A stretch of DNA of 64,000 nucleotides from positions 224,001 through 288,000 of IMG/VR virus record IMGVR_UViG_3300037484_000435; one strand, given 5' to 3'. Source of the stretch: a virus. Taxonomy: Duplodnaviria > Caudoviricetes. The position numbers and the translations under genes were made by a program. Positions 23,601 through 31,868 of the stretch are shown here, piece by piece. A model generated the notes under the pieces. It searched no databases, was not told where the DNA came from, and was given only the letters and a program-made list of their open reading frames with translations. Every line of letters starts with the position of its first letter. The stretch's first letter is position 1.

Positions 23601-25228
23601 CCTACTTGAAAATCGACCTGCGCCCAATGAGACTCATTACTTATACTGGGACTGGAAACTGTGTTACCGTAGAGAGTGAAATCTTTGGGAAATCCACTGG
23701 TATCAGTAGTATTGGGGCTTCTTAATCGATACCTAGTTATGTTATAAGCAGAAGAGCCAAACCCATAAACAATAGATTGTGGTAATCCACTAGCGGTTAA
23801 TGAGCACCAACCATAGGCGTCATTCACATGATCGAAAGCCTTATACGCTGGGTAACCCACATTATATATAGTGGTGGCTTCGACCGTGAAAGGGCTCGGG
23901 GCAGTATTAGAAGTCATCGCTACGGTCTGGTCCGTATCCGCTGAGGCCCCACCAGTATTTTTAAATTGAATTGAGGCGTAATTTAGGTAGGAACTAAGGT
24001 TGAAAAATATAATTCCCGCTGCCTGACCATCCGAGAGGGTACTCAAACGAAATTTAGTCTCAATCTCCCAATCGGTATTTTTAGGTATTTTGAAATAAAG
24101 AGTAGAAGCCGTCCATGTACCCCCAAACCAGTTAGTACTGGGGTTACCCTTTAACCTGAGGTTAGTTACATCGCTTGGAAGGGAATACACCACCTTAATG
24201 GCCCCATTAATAGTAGCACTAGACAACAATTGGTTAGTCCCTGTTACATTACCAGCCGCGTAATACGCGGTCCCAGTGGTTATCCCGTTTGTCATATTTG
24301 CTGTGATGTAAAGTCCCAAATAGTAGGTATCGGACGTAGGAACGACATAAGGAGTAGACAAAGTAAAAGTTTGTGCTCCTCCCCCCGCATGAGAGAAGGT
24401 TTCTATATTAACAATATCGTATCTATTGGAACCTAAACTTTTACAACTCTTCCATGTTATGGTTGTTGCAGTAGTGGAATAAGCAGTGATAGTTAAGATG
24501 GTGGAACCAGGAACTAAAGAATAGGCTAACTCAACTATGGTATTATTTCCACCCCAATAAGAACTACCAGCAGAGGAGGTCCCTAAGAATAACGGATCCG
24601 AGGCCTTACATATTTGTGTATTGTTGAGTAAGTACCAACCCTTATACGGAGAATAGGCAGTATAATCCCAATAGGTTGCAAAATTATCACCGCAAAACGG
24701 GTCGGAAGATAGAATTCTAAAACTTTGGCTATTACCAGAAGTTAATGTATTTGATGGTTTAAACCAAAAGGCACACATATATTCCGTAAGCCCAGACGGC
24801 ATCGTGGGAACATGAACATAACCATTGGGGCCCTCAGCTACAGCACACCCATACCCACGCTTAGCAAGTGCTGGAACTGTACCATGGTTGATCGCGTAGT
24901 AATTATTGTTGGACCAATCATCAAAGTAATCCCCCGTCTCAGCAAACGTGTGCCAAGCTATAAGATCGCCCTTTAAATCCAGAGGACTTAATCCAATAGC
25001 CTCTCCTACATCTTGTGTATAGACCATAAGATTGCTATCAACATAATTACCATCACACAGCGAGTAAATCCCGCTAGGCAGAATTATATCAGCACATACA
25101 TATGAACCACTCAGGGAGGGTAAAATATAAGAGTATGAGTAGTTTACATAGTGACTCCCAGAAACGAGAGTAGTACCTGATAAGGTGGTACCAGATGCTG
25201 TTATAACTCCGCTTACGGTCAAACTCAT
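17609..25228 (-). CDS. Giant modular lectin/adhesin-like fibre protein (2539 aa): LamG, DUF1349-like ConA, DUF4082-like, four F5/8C discoidin-like and Ig-like modules
   Basis: LamG motifs: AWHTF..., EYMCAFWFKP, LDEVSHWSRWLT, and a second WTFHTWLY...WNHLGIT. Discoidin repeats: MTSNxAPSP...YRL...FTLxG...YRL...IGEIEL. An Ig-like DTESPVI...FEILDDYSGV segment lies near the C-terminus. Confidence 0.8.
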   Translation of the reverse strand: MSLTVSGVITASGTTLSGTTLVSGSHYVNYSYSYILPSLSGSYVCADIILPSGIYSLCDGNYVDSNLMVYTQDVGEAIGLSPLDLKGDLIAWHTFAETGDYFDDWSNNNYYAINHGTVPALAKRGYGCAVAEGPNGYVHVPTMPSGLTEYMCAFWFKPSNTLTSGNSQSFRILSSDPFCGDNFATYWDYTAYSPYKGWYLLNNTQICKASDPLFLGTSSAGSSYWGGNNTIVELAYSLVPGSTILTITAYSTTATTITWKSCKSLGSNRYDIVNIETFSHAGGGAQTFTLSTPYVVPTSDTYYLGLYITANMTNGITTGTAYYAAGNVTGTNQLLSSATINGAIKVVYSLPSDVTNLRLKGNPSTNWFGGTWTASTLYFKIPKNTDWEIETKFRLSTLSDGQAAGIIFFNLSSYLNYASIQFKNTGGASADTDQTVAMTSNTAPSPFTVEATTIYNVGYPAYKAFDHVNDAYGWCSLTASGLPQSIVYGFGSSAYNITRYRLRSPNTTDTSGFPKDFTLYGNTVSSPSISNESHWAQVDFQVGISRPGTGTWTAWFDIDTPGNYTHYRLKTTAVSSNTYVWIGEIELASSVYEPGNLDVLVQTSTFSYTAREDITGPTTATDYKLRMLKKDNLIKFKFWDPSTAGWQDTIYEVDVSLWGSNMAFGLQSRNTLGASPEVQFDYVAFTKGKKPPELGDLEEPGRFVVSYNETGVSGAVGPRDDGRIWLETKRDGLAYGTATHDWDSNTWYLLQAGVKSNGDYCWWVNAQQERGLTVGSGNTIGSTFLTSSGVSYFDNGLPPTTSGAFVLDEVSHWSRWLTAEESLKLINKVSQVQWLCTEGYKSSNVNVYEDLISISGSIASRSIQKDLAFYYYGQYQCASPSSLEIKFQSISYRIQRDLSVVAWEINPVVVNIARCSSGWLANQMGCFGCMTAATGTDSRCQCLVMEQISVYALGANRFDLWEIQIPRTMSLESYNLLIPTNTLTAEFREQTYDFQSPQIYTESPANNTRMVDADLDWTASNALIYTLRDYGSLFRSSDSRLWIKRRDMGYNSYVYMDNFSFYEADLKTSTTPSIPVQWSIKNLNNSSAFKINKGFTSTVDLDFSATLSGVHQTLTTSGLDISLETMRIGSFHCNPSCNVDGTNTLQVTTSSGIWDSTQQSAPLMYWPGITQDDWEISTKVKIFGNGPRSSQSSGLIVFDQSDSSQYIQVLANASGICARDHTKLDFLSQTTYSGIGFTEGNWVWLKVQRKPTMPYYRAYWSLDGTTWSGVNIQSTPVELNITMSGTTTSGHAWTSSSNQSSWEPWKASYLGSTGWQSASGVGLSHWIKWKSAQPEIMTRYRLVASLDSDYMVRSFPCQISLDASIDDQTWNTIDYRGLVLDPGSGSAGTYFYIDNPQPYQYYRLTTLKGAMLSYYTSTDTIFSWGTSARLRKVQWDGDRYHGNSLATGIVNVGLITLQETLDLDSVWNRKPAYMTSNAAPSPWTTYTPWSSIDPNVFRLFDSDTGSRYYLPHRFNSAAPQALYNDYPGWFSIDCGSGNKMRIQRYGYWTGGHGFSNDVYQGPVHFMLQGSDDYIFWETVDTRMYQPRYGNSYTLYFNVVSPNYYRYYRYVDSLYTMPTDLGLRDFYIEGTVLSGTNAAVPVKNIDGWIDSYFDYFRYYTPSGIATTSGGDTWELLYDGVSALNSEKNSGIAYYDKLTDYTSQFKYALKSGFQPGEQVYLRFQAQDAPSFKISYTLSSGVLLYVPVSGPESLLIDSNVGATASGYYTLDESPHAYRVFSRAVSMQNGSLNSSTVSCVPTMSGITTSGVRVTENVYLAGNPSWQLFDKNSTTLWYNNTSFPYYTVIDFGYNNFKYINKYRIQSRTQYADWPRTWVFQGSNDGSTWTTVHTVSSSVYVSGGAWSEWYTFTPPMPYRYYRWYITASHNSIYIGVVSMELVEELQDIYANRLRVSTANKYYGTGSINFSQGSQLFTENLPQDLSTCDWTFHTWLYSPYIDGNILSFVPPSGFGLLTSLSGSYLNASLGDTLLGRSGPFNVSAGWNHLGITKKDGWIATYMNGTKSFSSVFTGSTPLTTSTGTSIYIGGSTFSGSLDSMFFQKEAPWNNTLIYSNMLDQIISFNVVGQHDLTVNVDVGLDTESPVIIPKAPLPYDQLICPSSGIEFEILDDYSGVKWTEVLIKMNDITVWSGGNNMTEWFDDRGTLVYDDLGKVAGEWENIQLSASGIDYTAGINRILYPPGTVYSGSGAWGRRFTYYVPEATEIGYFGSRMTITITGTDSIGFLSRFDDKFPNTFSGQYYFDFIPNDNIRYDDVFMHTGHSMRVDEMEARGVHFWVDLFDSNYPVTDIVEDECSITWTDGVNNFTCSGAWFTTWTGVTASGEDVYFHRMHWDPGNHWDWIGNRAVHLTVESHNNDPTCDVYNREEYILFYGWQLNWWHQAVPNQIPPFEFNTKFPIFVSVKTYDFAPSRSSKSYMLWSSPGYTCDLPVYIKPKPIPKEDLKVGILAQSQYLQYSEDVEVEVACKDLDGNELVYTWAFRTEDQPE

Positions 25229-25230
25229 TA

Positions 25231-26433
25231 TTAAATCTCATTCACAACTACGGCCACATTACTGATACCAACATTAGCTCCTGTCGTAAATACTGTTTGG
25301 GCTGTTCCAGTTTCATCAGTATAATCCCAAGTTGGATTAACTCCGCCGTCACCACTTGACACCCAGAACTGAACCAATTTACCTGATAAAGTAGTGCCCC
25401 AGCAATTAGCAACAACCGCTATAATGTCTGCTTGGGCCCCAATACCTGCGGGCATAACTGTATCTGAGGAGTTCACGTTCAAAAAAGCAGCCAAACTATC
25501 ATCAATATTGAACACACCTAAGTAGGCTGTTGCATTGTTTGCCCTGTATTCTGTAGTTATACCGCTTGCACTATTAACACCAGTCACTGTTGCTGAAGTA
25601 TAAGAATAGGGTTTGATAATATGTAGAGAATCATAATCCAGTTGATTGAGGAATAGGGGTTCCCTACAATAGGCGTAATCAGGTACATTTAGCATCGACC
25701 ACCGGTCAGAAACATAAGCCATAGTTGAAGCATCTATTGATCGAAGGTACAGTGCGTCAAGTGACGTGTCATACCAACTATATAAGAGGTAACCAGAGCC
25801 AGTTACTCCCGGCTGGAATGCTAAATTCCTACATCCAACACCGTTACCATAATGAAAAGAATTTGTAGTTTTTGGGACCGACGAACTCACAGAGGCCCAA
25901 GCACCCGTTAGACCTTCTCTAAACTTGTAGAGATTAGAACCAACCTTTACAAATATATCAGTATCGGTCGCAGCTATTCCTACATACCCACTAGTTACTG
26001 CCGTGTACCAATTGGCCCATTGCCCGTCGGCATCAAAACCAGAAATCAACAATTCGGGGTTAGCCCCGTCTGGCCCACACTTATATATGTTGTAGGTATT
26101 TCCAGATACTAAACTCGCATCCATGGTAATGTAGGCAAACTTCTGTTCGTCGTCAATCCACGTGATGTCAAGAATATTCTTATAAGGAATACCACCCGAG
26201 CCAATTGTAAACTGAGCAGCTTCGGTACCATCCATATTCCAATACTTGATTGAGGCTGTAGGAGTTCCCCCCGCAGACCCATCTCTGTGTTGAACACGAA
26301 TTATTTGTTGTTTATTGTGTATGACCCTGTGTGAATAGTAAAAGTAACCAGACCCAGTGGTTCCAATCATCCCTGAATAGAACCCTGGAAAGTTCTTCTG
26401 TAGGTCATAATAATTAATTCTTCCTACCTGCAT
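25231..26433 (-). CDS. Beta-propeller-like protein with C-terminal Big_1 (invasin/intimin Ig-like) domain (400 aa)
   Basis: The C-terminus IIAVVANCWGTTLSGKLVQF...TDETGTAQTVFTTG matches the Big_1 pattern. SD GAGGAGG. Confidence 0.6.
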   Translation of the reverse strand: MQVGRINYYDLQKNFPGFYSGMIGTTGSGYFYYSHRVIHNKQQIIRVQHRDGSAGGTPTASIKYWNMDGTEAAQFTIGSGGIPYKNILDITWIDDEQKFAYITMDASLVSGNTYNIYKCGPDGANPELLISGFDADGQWANWYTAVTSGYVGIAATDTDIFVKVGSNLYKFREGLTGAWASVSSSVPKTTNSFHYGNGVGCRNLAFQPGVTGSGYLLYSWYDTSLDALYLRSIDASTMAYVSDRWSMLNVPDYAYCREPLFLNQLDYDSLHIIKPYSYTSATVTGVNSASGITTEYRANNATAYLGVFNIDDSLAAFLNVNSSDTVMPAGIGAQADIIAVVANCWGTTLSGKLVQFWVSSGDGGVNPTWDYTDETGTAQTVFTTGANVGISNVAVVVNEI

Positions 26434-26450
26434 AATATTTAACCCTCCTC

Positions 26451-28433
26451 TTATTTAAACCGATATATCTTTGGATATGTAGACGGAATATATTTCTTCT
26501 GGTCTACTGTAAATACTAGGGAACTCAAATTAATACCTCCCCCACGACCATATACATCTACTTGGATATCATCCTTTAGATGGACTGGAAAAGTTCCACA
26601 ACTAGGCGATGCATTCATTATGATGGGCACCTCAGATTCCCCCGTTTGGAATGACCAAATAGCATATCCTCGATTTTGTGCACTGGAACGATCAGCCACA
26701 GTAGCAAAACACTCTACTGTAGAATTATAATAAAACGGATAGGGAGGTGTATAAATCACTTGGTACCAATTATCACTGTACTTATAGATATCTGGGATAA
26801 CTACTAGGTTGTTCACAGTAAAAGTTAATGTACTTATATCTATACCTAAGCCCTCGTCTTGTATTTCGAATCTTATCCAGTGCCTATGGTCCACATTAGT
26901 CATGCCATTATAAGGATACATGTTAAATATCTCAGGGGGATAAAAGTCATCTACAATATCAAACCAGTAGTTTAACTCTAAAGGATAATCAGTGTAGGTA
27001 TATTGGATGGTGTCCCCCTCCAAATACTCATAAGTTGTTGGTTCTACCAGTAATGTATCTACCCCCACAATAGCTAGCAGTTCTCGGGATTCACTTTCCC
27101 CTCCTGGATTCGGCCCCAACTCTAACATACCACCTGGTTGGAACATTGAGAGATCGCCATCGACCTGTATATATCGTGTATCTACAGATGCACTAGCCGC
27201 AAATGTCCTAGTCAGGGTTGGGGAGGCTGAAACATAGACATAAACCCACACCCTGCTATTTAATGGAAAATCTTGTGGCGGATTATAGAACAATTCGGCC
27301 CCACCTGGTATAAGAGTTATTTGAACTTGGTCAGTTACCTCCACCCCATTAACCTTATAGACCAATGTAGACCAGTTCATGGGGATAGAGGGATTAGATA
27401 ATCTTTGCCATATGTTTGTATAGGGTGGATTTCTTATAGAATAGGGGGTAGGAACTGCCCACGGAATAGGAATAAAAGTTTCTATTACTGTGAAGGTCTC
27501 AAGCCCACCTTTTACTCCAACCGAGAGTTCTGTCCCTTTACCTCCGCTTTGAGTGGTATACCCAGCGATTTCATAATCACCAGAACCTCCTGGAACAGGA
27601 ATATCAATGGTTTTCTTTACTTCAGAATCTTTATAGGTAATTGGGTCTCCGTTAAGAAATGTGTAATCCATTGGAGTTATCTGTAATCTATCGCTTCCTA
27701 AAATAGACACGACTGTCGACACACCCGAAGCTCCTTGTATGTTAGGCCCAAAATATAGGGTCGCCCCGACATCCATTACATCAGTAGTCAAATAAAATCC
27801 TGTAGTACCACTAGAGTTAGTATCGATCCACGGCATAGTCATTGTTAAGGTTGTTGTCCCGCTCGTCAAAGTACCGTAGACTTTTAAATCTGAATTTTCA
27901 TAGTATGCAATTGGGCTGGAAATAGTTAAATGACTTTCGTATTCGGGGAGCGTCCTAACAATAAAGTACCCACCAGGATTACAAATACCTGGAAGGGAGG
28001 GGTCTTCAAACAAAAAATAAGCGAAGTTTAAACCGTAAAAAACTGCACAATTTGGCTTACCACCCTCCGACCCCACATCCAAATATTCGGAAAGATGTTG
28101 TGCAATATAATTTCTTTCCTCATCAGTTAAATGTGGTAAAGCACCTTTCATCAAAGGAATACTAATGTTAGCGTCCCCGCTACCAGAAGCGGTAGCTGAA
28201 TCTTTATAGGGTGAGCCATAATGTCGAACAAAAATATCTACAGAAGAGTCTAAGGGACCACCCACAACAGCAATTCTGCCAAGAGCATCCGTACGGTACC
28301 AATCGTACAGACCATTATTATCTGGGTCCAACCATAATTGTTGAGTTCCCCACGTGTGGCCCCACTGATAAGTGTAAATATTTAGGTAGGAGCTACGTGA
28401 GCTAGCTCCTACCAACAGTGTGCTTTTTTGCAT
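26451..28433 (-). CDS. Virion protein with repeated Ig-like (SbsA/Big_5-like) domains and two GPN modules (660 aa)
   Basis: Ig-like pattern PPEIFNMYP...IRFEIQDEGLGIDISTLTFTVN...YTPPYPF. Internal repeats LYFGPN...GDPITY and LELGPN...GDTIQY. The start overlaps the upstream stop (TAATG). Confidence 0.65.
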   Translation of the reverse strand: MQKSTLLVGASSRSSYLNIYTYQWGHTWGTQQLWLDPDNNGLYDWYRTDALGRIAVVGGPLDSSVDIFVRHYGSPYKDSATASGSGDANISIPLMKGALPHLTDEERNYIAQHLSEYLDVGSEGGKPNCAVFYGLNFAYFLFEDPSLPGICNPGGYFIVRTLPEYESHLTISSPIAYYENSDLKVYGTLTSGTTTLTMTMPWIDTNSSGTTGFYLTTDVMDVGATLYFGPNIQGASGVSTVVSILGSDRLQITPMDYTFLNGDPITYKDSEVKKTIDIPVPGGSGDYEIAGYTTQSGGKGTELSVGVKGGLETFTVIETFIPIPWAVPTPYSIRNPPYTNIWQRLSNPSIPMNWSTLVYKVNGVEVTDQVQITLIPGGAELFYNPPQDFPLNSRVWVYVYVSASPTLTRTFAASASVDTRYIQVDGDLSMFQPGGMLELGPNPGGESESRELLAIVGVDTLLVEPTTYEYLEGDTIQYTYTDYPLELNYWFDIVDDFYPPEIFNMYPYNGMTNVDHRHWIRFEIQDEGLGIDISTLTFTVNNLVVIPDIYKYSDNWYQVIYTPPYPFYYNSTVECFATVADRSSAQNRGYAIWSFQTGESEVPIIMNASPSCGTFPVHLKDDIQVDVYGRGGGINLSSLVFTVDQKKYIPSTYPKIYRFK

Positions 28434-29977
28434 TACGGTTGCACTATAGCTAAGACGGTAATCAAACCTGCCTTAGTACCAGCCCTCCATTCTATTACTG
28501 CTTGCCCCTTTCGTGCTGGGGGTCCCCCCGGATAGGACGACTGGCTTCCAGTAATTATTTCGGCCTGTGCGTGCGGCGTACCATCAAGCCAAGTAAAGGA
28601 ACCTTCAACACACTCAGATATATCTTCAGGACAAAGGAAATAACCCTTAGTTTGAGTATCAGTCGCACTGAGGCCAAACACTACACGTTTGTAATTCAAC
28701 GCGGCCCCATACTGGTCTCGCACAGTAGCATAAATCAACGCCTTGTCGACACCGTTGGCCACGACTAATGCCGGTTCAGCAGTAAGTGCTATTGATGTAA
28801 CCATGGGCTTCATGACGGAAACTACGTAGTTATAGGGTCCAGAAGAGAAACTACCTTCGATCGCACCATAAGTATACCCAGTTTGTAATCTGTAGATGTT
28901 TACAGTTTTACACTCTGTTGGGTGCACTGAAGAAGCCAAATCATAAATAGACCAAAGAGTAACTCTATCATTCTTAATAGCATTATCCATAATCATCGAA
29001 GCCATATTTTCTCGGAACTCTATATTACTACCAACGTAATCAAACCCAGTAGTAATCACACCATCGGCGTTGGGACCTGGATAATTGAATCCCCCGCCCG
29101 GCATATTGGGCCGTTTTAACAAAAGTTGTTGTCCACGTACATAGGCAATCAATCCTGTGTAATAACCTTGATTTATGCCGTCAAGCCCTGAAGCCGTAAT
29201 AAAAGTTGCGGCTTGTGTCTGCTCATACATGCCGCTATCATGGCAACCTTTATAAGTTAATTCATTGAGAGCTGTTGGGTCTGCCGCAGTAATATGAGGT
29301 ATGGCATACCAATATACCGCCGCACTGGCGTCACCCAAAGAGGGAGATGCGTTGTTAAAAAAATAAAGGTCTCTACGCAGATTAACTGGGTCTCCAGGAT
29401 AGTAAACTCTTTGAATCGGTTGAGCAGTAGTCACTGTATAGTTGTTGAGGATGGTCGCCACTGGGACATCTTCTTCGTACCCTTGAGTAGCTGAACGCAA
29501 ATGAAACTGGTCTGTAACATGGAAGAAAGATGAATGAGGATGTGTTAATTTAATCCGGTCGAGATTACTTGTTCCAGGACCGCAAGCTTCACTTAAAATA
29601 TTATAGTAATTCTCTATCGCGAAAGCCTTACCATTAATATTTTCCGAAATTCCTTGTGCCCTTAATCTCCAAGAGTCCTTCAGAACACACATAAAACTCT
29701 CGATTCTCCAACGACGGAGAATTCTTTCCTTCTCTAAATTACCACTCACATTCCTCTTCTCAAGTGACCAGAAGTTTATACCGTCATACTGCAAGGACAA
29801 AAAAGATGTCCCTGCACTAGAAAGATTAATCTCGTGACTGAAAGGGTAAGTCATAACGGGGTCACCGTAACTCGTCTTCTGGATTAACATGTTTGTAGGT
29901 GCTGGTTTCATAATATAGAAATAATCTCCAGCAGCACAGAATCCAGGCGTATCCGCTCGTATGTTTTCGTAAGCCAT
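28433..29977 (-). CDS. Propeller-like protein with C-terminal Big_1 domain (514 aa); paralog of 29987-31354
   Basis: Motif SLQYDGINFWS...LRRWRI is shared with the neighbour. The C-terminus ALTAEPALVVANGVDKALIYATVRDQYG is Big_1-like. Confidence 0.65.
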   Translation of the reverse strand: MAYENIRADTPGFCAAGDYFYIMKPAPTNMLIQKTSYGDPVMTYPFSHEINLSSAGTSFLSLQYDGINFWSLEKRNVSGNLEKERILRRWRIESFMCVLKDSWRLRAQGISENINGKAFAIENYYNILSEACGPGTSNLDRIKLTHPHSSFFHVTDQFHLRSATQGYEEDVPVATILNNYTVTTAQPIQRVYYPGDPVNLRRDLYFFNNASPSLGDASAAVYWYAIPHITAADPTALNELTYKGCHDSGMYEQTQAATFITASGLDGINQGYYTGLIAYVRGQQLLLKRPNMPGGGFNYPGPNADGVITTGFDYVGSNIEFRENMASMIMDNAIKNDRVTLWSIYDLASSVHPTECKTVNIYRLQTGYTYGAIEGSFSSGPYNYVVSVMKPMVTSIALTAEPALVVANGVDKALIYATVRDQYGAALNYKRVVFGLSATDTQTKGYFLCPEDISECVEGSFTWLDGTPHAQAEIITGSQSSYPGGPPARKGQAVIEWRAGTKAGLITVLAIVQP

Positions 29978-29986
29978 ATTTCCTCC

Positions 29987-31354
29987 TTAAAATGTTGTTG
30001 TCATTGCTGTAATATACGTGGGGAATGGAATCGTACCAGCACCACTAAATGTTGCATATGCTATCCCACTAGCATTCGTCATCGTGCCTGTCGCTGTAAT
30101 AAACTGCCCTGCGTTTGTGGGAGATACACTCCAGTATATGGGTACATCCCTAATCGGAAATCGATAATCATCTAGGACTGTGCAACTACACGCTACCAAC
30201 CCACTGGGTAAAATAAATTGCGGCTCGACGCTCACAACCATGAAAGAGGCTTGGGCCTCTAACTTGTGTGTTACATAATTAAATGCTGGCCATGTTGCAA
30301 CACTGGTTTCATGTGATTCTCGGTAATCACGCTGTAACATAAAAAACTGCGGGTGATTGTTGATATCTTCAGGGTCATCATTTCTCACCCGTAATTCATG
30401 GATAGGTAAAAATGTATTCCCACCCGTATAATAATTCAACGGAATAGACTGGGCCGTCACGTACAAATCCAGAGTAGTTACATTGAGACAATAAACTGCA
30501 TAACCAGCAACAAAGAATAAGGATTGCGTTCTATTACCTATATTGATTGCCGGAACATTCTTTACAACACTAAAAGCAGCGGTAGTCACATTTTGGTATA
30601 TAGCGTCTTGTCTACTCTGAATCACCTGATAATTAATTGGGTCTATTTCTGATAATGTCCCGCCCGAATCAAATACGTAAATCCTAGTCTCTATAAAACA
30701 ATTATGACCCGCCACATAACTCGTATTGAAGTTAGTAGAAAAGTCTATCTCATATCTTATGACTGGCCATCTAGGGTCATCAGGAATTGTCCTGATATCT
30801 GTTATGATTCCCTCATAAATTTCATCTTGAATGTTGGGCCCTATTTTTACTTGTTGGCCAATCCTCAATCTCTCAATTAAGTAACCGTAATTTGGGTGAA
30901 TCCTCGCGGTATACTTTGAAGGGTCAATTCCCTCATTAAGCGGAAAATTATAATACTCTATGGCCACAGCAGTAGGTTTAGAGAATCCAGGATATGTAGC
31001 AAACCCAACACACTCGAAACCATATTGACTACTATTTATCCTCCATTTCCGTAAAGCTATTCCTGGGTAGTAAGGGGTATCGTTAATTGCTTGCACAGAC
31101 CAAAAGTACTCCCCATCGTAATCGAGACTTTCTGCCCGAGTTTGCAATTCTATCATGGTAGGATAAGCAGTTAATGGAATATTTCCATTATCGTAACGCA
31201 CTAAAAGGAAATTCTCATAACCCCCAAAACCTACTTGGCCTCCTGGGGGAGGGTTAGTCTGATAGCCTCCAAAAATCAAGTTATAAAACTTAAGTTCGTG
31301 GTTAGACAAAAACATAGCCATGTTGGGCTCTATCAATCTAACGTTCTGATCCAT
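29987..31354 (-). CDS. Propeller-like protein with C-terminal Big_1 domain (455 aa); paralog of 28433-29977
   Basis: Motif SLDYDGEYFWS...LRKWRI. The C-terminus CTVLDDYRFPIRDVPIYWSV...TNASGIAYATF is Big_1-like. Confidence 0.65.
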   Translation of the reverse strand: MDQNVRLIEPNMAMFLSNHELKFYNLIFGGYQTNPPPGGQVGFGGYENFLLVRYDNGNIPLTAYPTMIELQTRAESLDYDGEYFWSVQAINDTPYYPGIALRKWRINSSQYGFECVGFATYPGFSKPTAVAIEYYNFPLNEGIDPSKYTARIHPNYGYLIERLRIGQQVKIGPNIQDEIYEGIITDIRTIPDDPRWPVIRYEIDFSTNFNTSYVAGHNCFIETRIYVFDSGGTLSEIDPINYQVIQSRQDAIYQNVTTAAFSVVKNVPAINIGNRTQSLFFVAGYAVYCLNVTTLDLYVTAQSIPLNYYTGGNTFLPIHELRVRNDDPEDINNHPQFFMLQRDYRESHETSVATWPAFNYVTHKLEAQASFMVVSVEPQFILPSGLVACSCTVLDDYRFPIRDVPIYWSVSPTNAGQFITATGTMTNASGIAYATFSGAGTIPFPTYITAMTTTF

Positions 31355-31868
31355 TTGCGAAGTCCTCGTTTACAGCAGATTGGTATCTAGTACCGGGCGT
31401 TATATACACAGAACAAGAGCTGATATCCCCTTTAATAGTCACCTGGTCAGTTAAGTCGAATCCTTTAACTTTTACTTTTATACTACTAATATCTAAGCCA
31501 GAAGATGGTAATTGTTCTCCGATATTTACCACAATTTCCGAATCCACAGGAATTCCTGTATCGTTCTGCATAGGCCAGTGACTTGTAATTTCAGGTGGAG
31601 TAGTGTCTGGTTCATAAGTCCAGTTTACCTTCTTACACAAAGTATCGATAAGCTCGTTAACATCATCTGAGAATGTGGTTTGATTAGACGTCCACTTGTA
31701 TGTAGGTGCTATAGGATTCCCATCAGCATCCAACTCTTTAGTTGATGCTTGAATAGCCCACATCTGTGTGCCTGTGCCATCTTGCGTTACTATAACTCTC
31801 TTAATCGTAACCATAATACCAACCCTTTGAGAAGGGTCTCTAAGGTTCTGGACAAATACCTCAGCCAT
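31338..31868 (-). CDS. Small virion protein with Ig-like (Big_5-like) domain (176 aa; start revised to MAEVFVQ)
   Basis: The ATG at 31868 has SD GAGGAG upstream and overlaps the TGA of the 1155-aa gene, whereas the track start at 31922 lies inside that gene. DTTPPEITSHWP...SGLDISSIKVKV is Ig-like. Confidence 0.7.
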   Translation of the reverse strand: MAEVFVQNLRDPSQRVGIMVTIKRVIVTQDGTGTQMWAIQASTKELDADGNPIAPTYKWTSNQTTFSDDVNELIDTLCKKVNWTYEPDTTPPEITSHWPMQNDTGIPVDSEIVVNIGEQLPSSGLDISSIKVKVKGFDLTDQVTIKGDISSCSVYITPGTRYQSAVNEDFANGSER

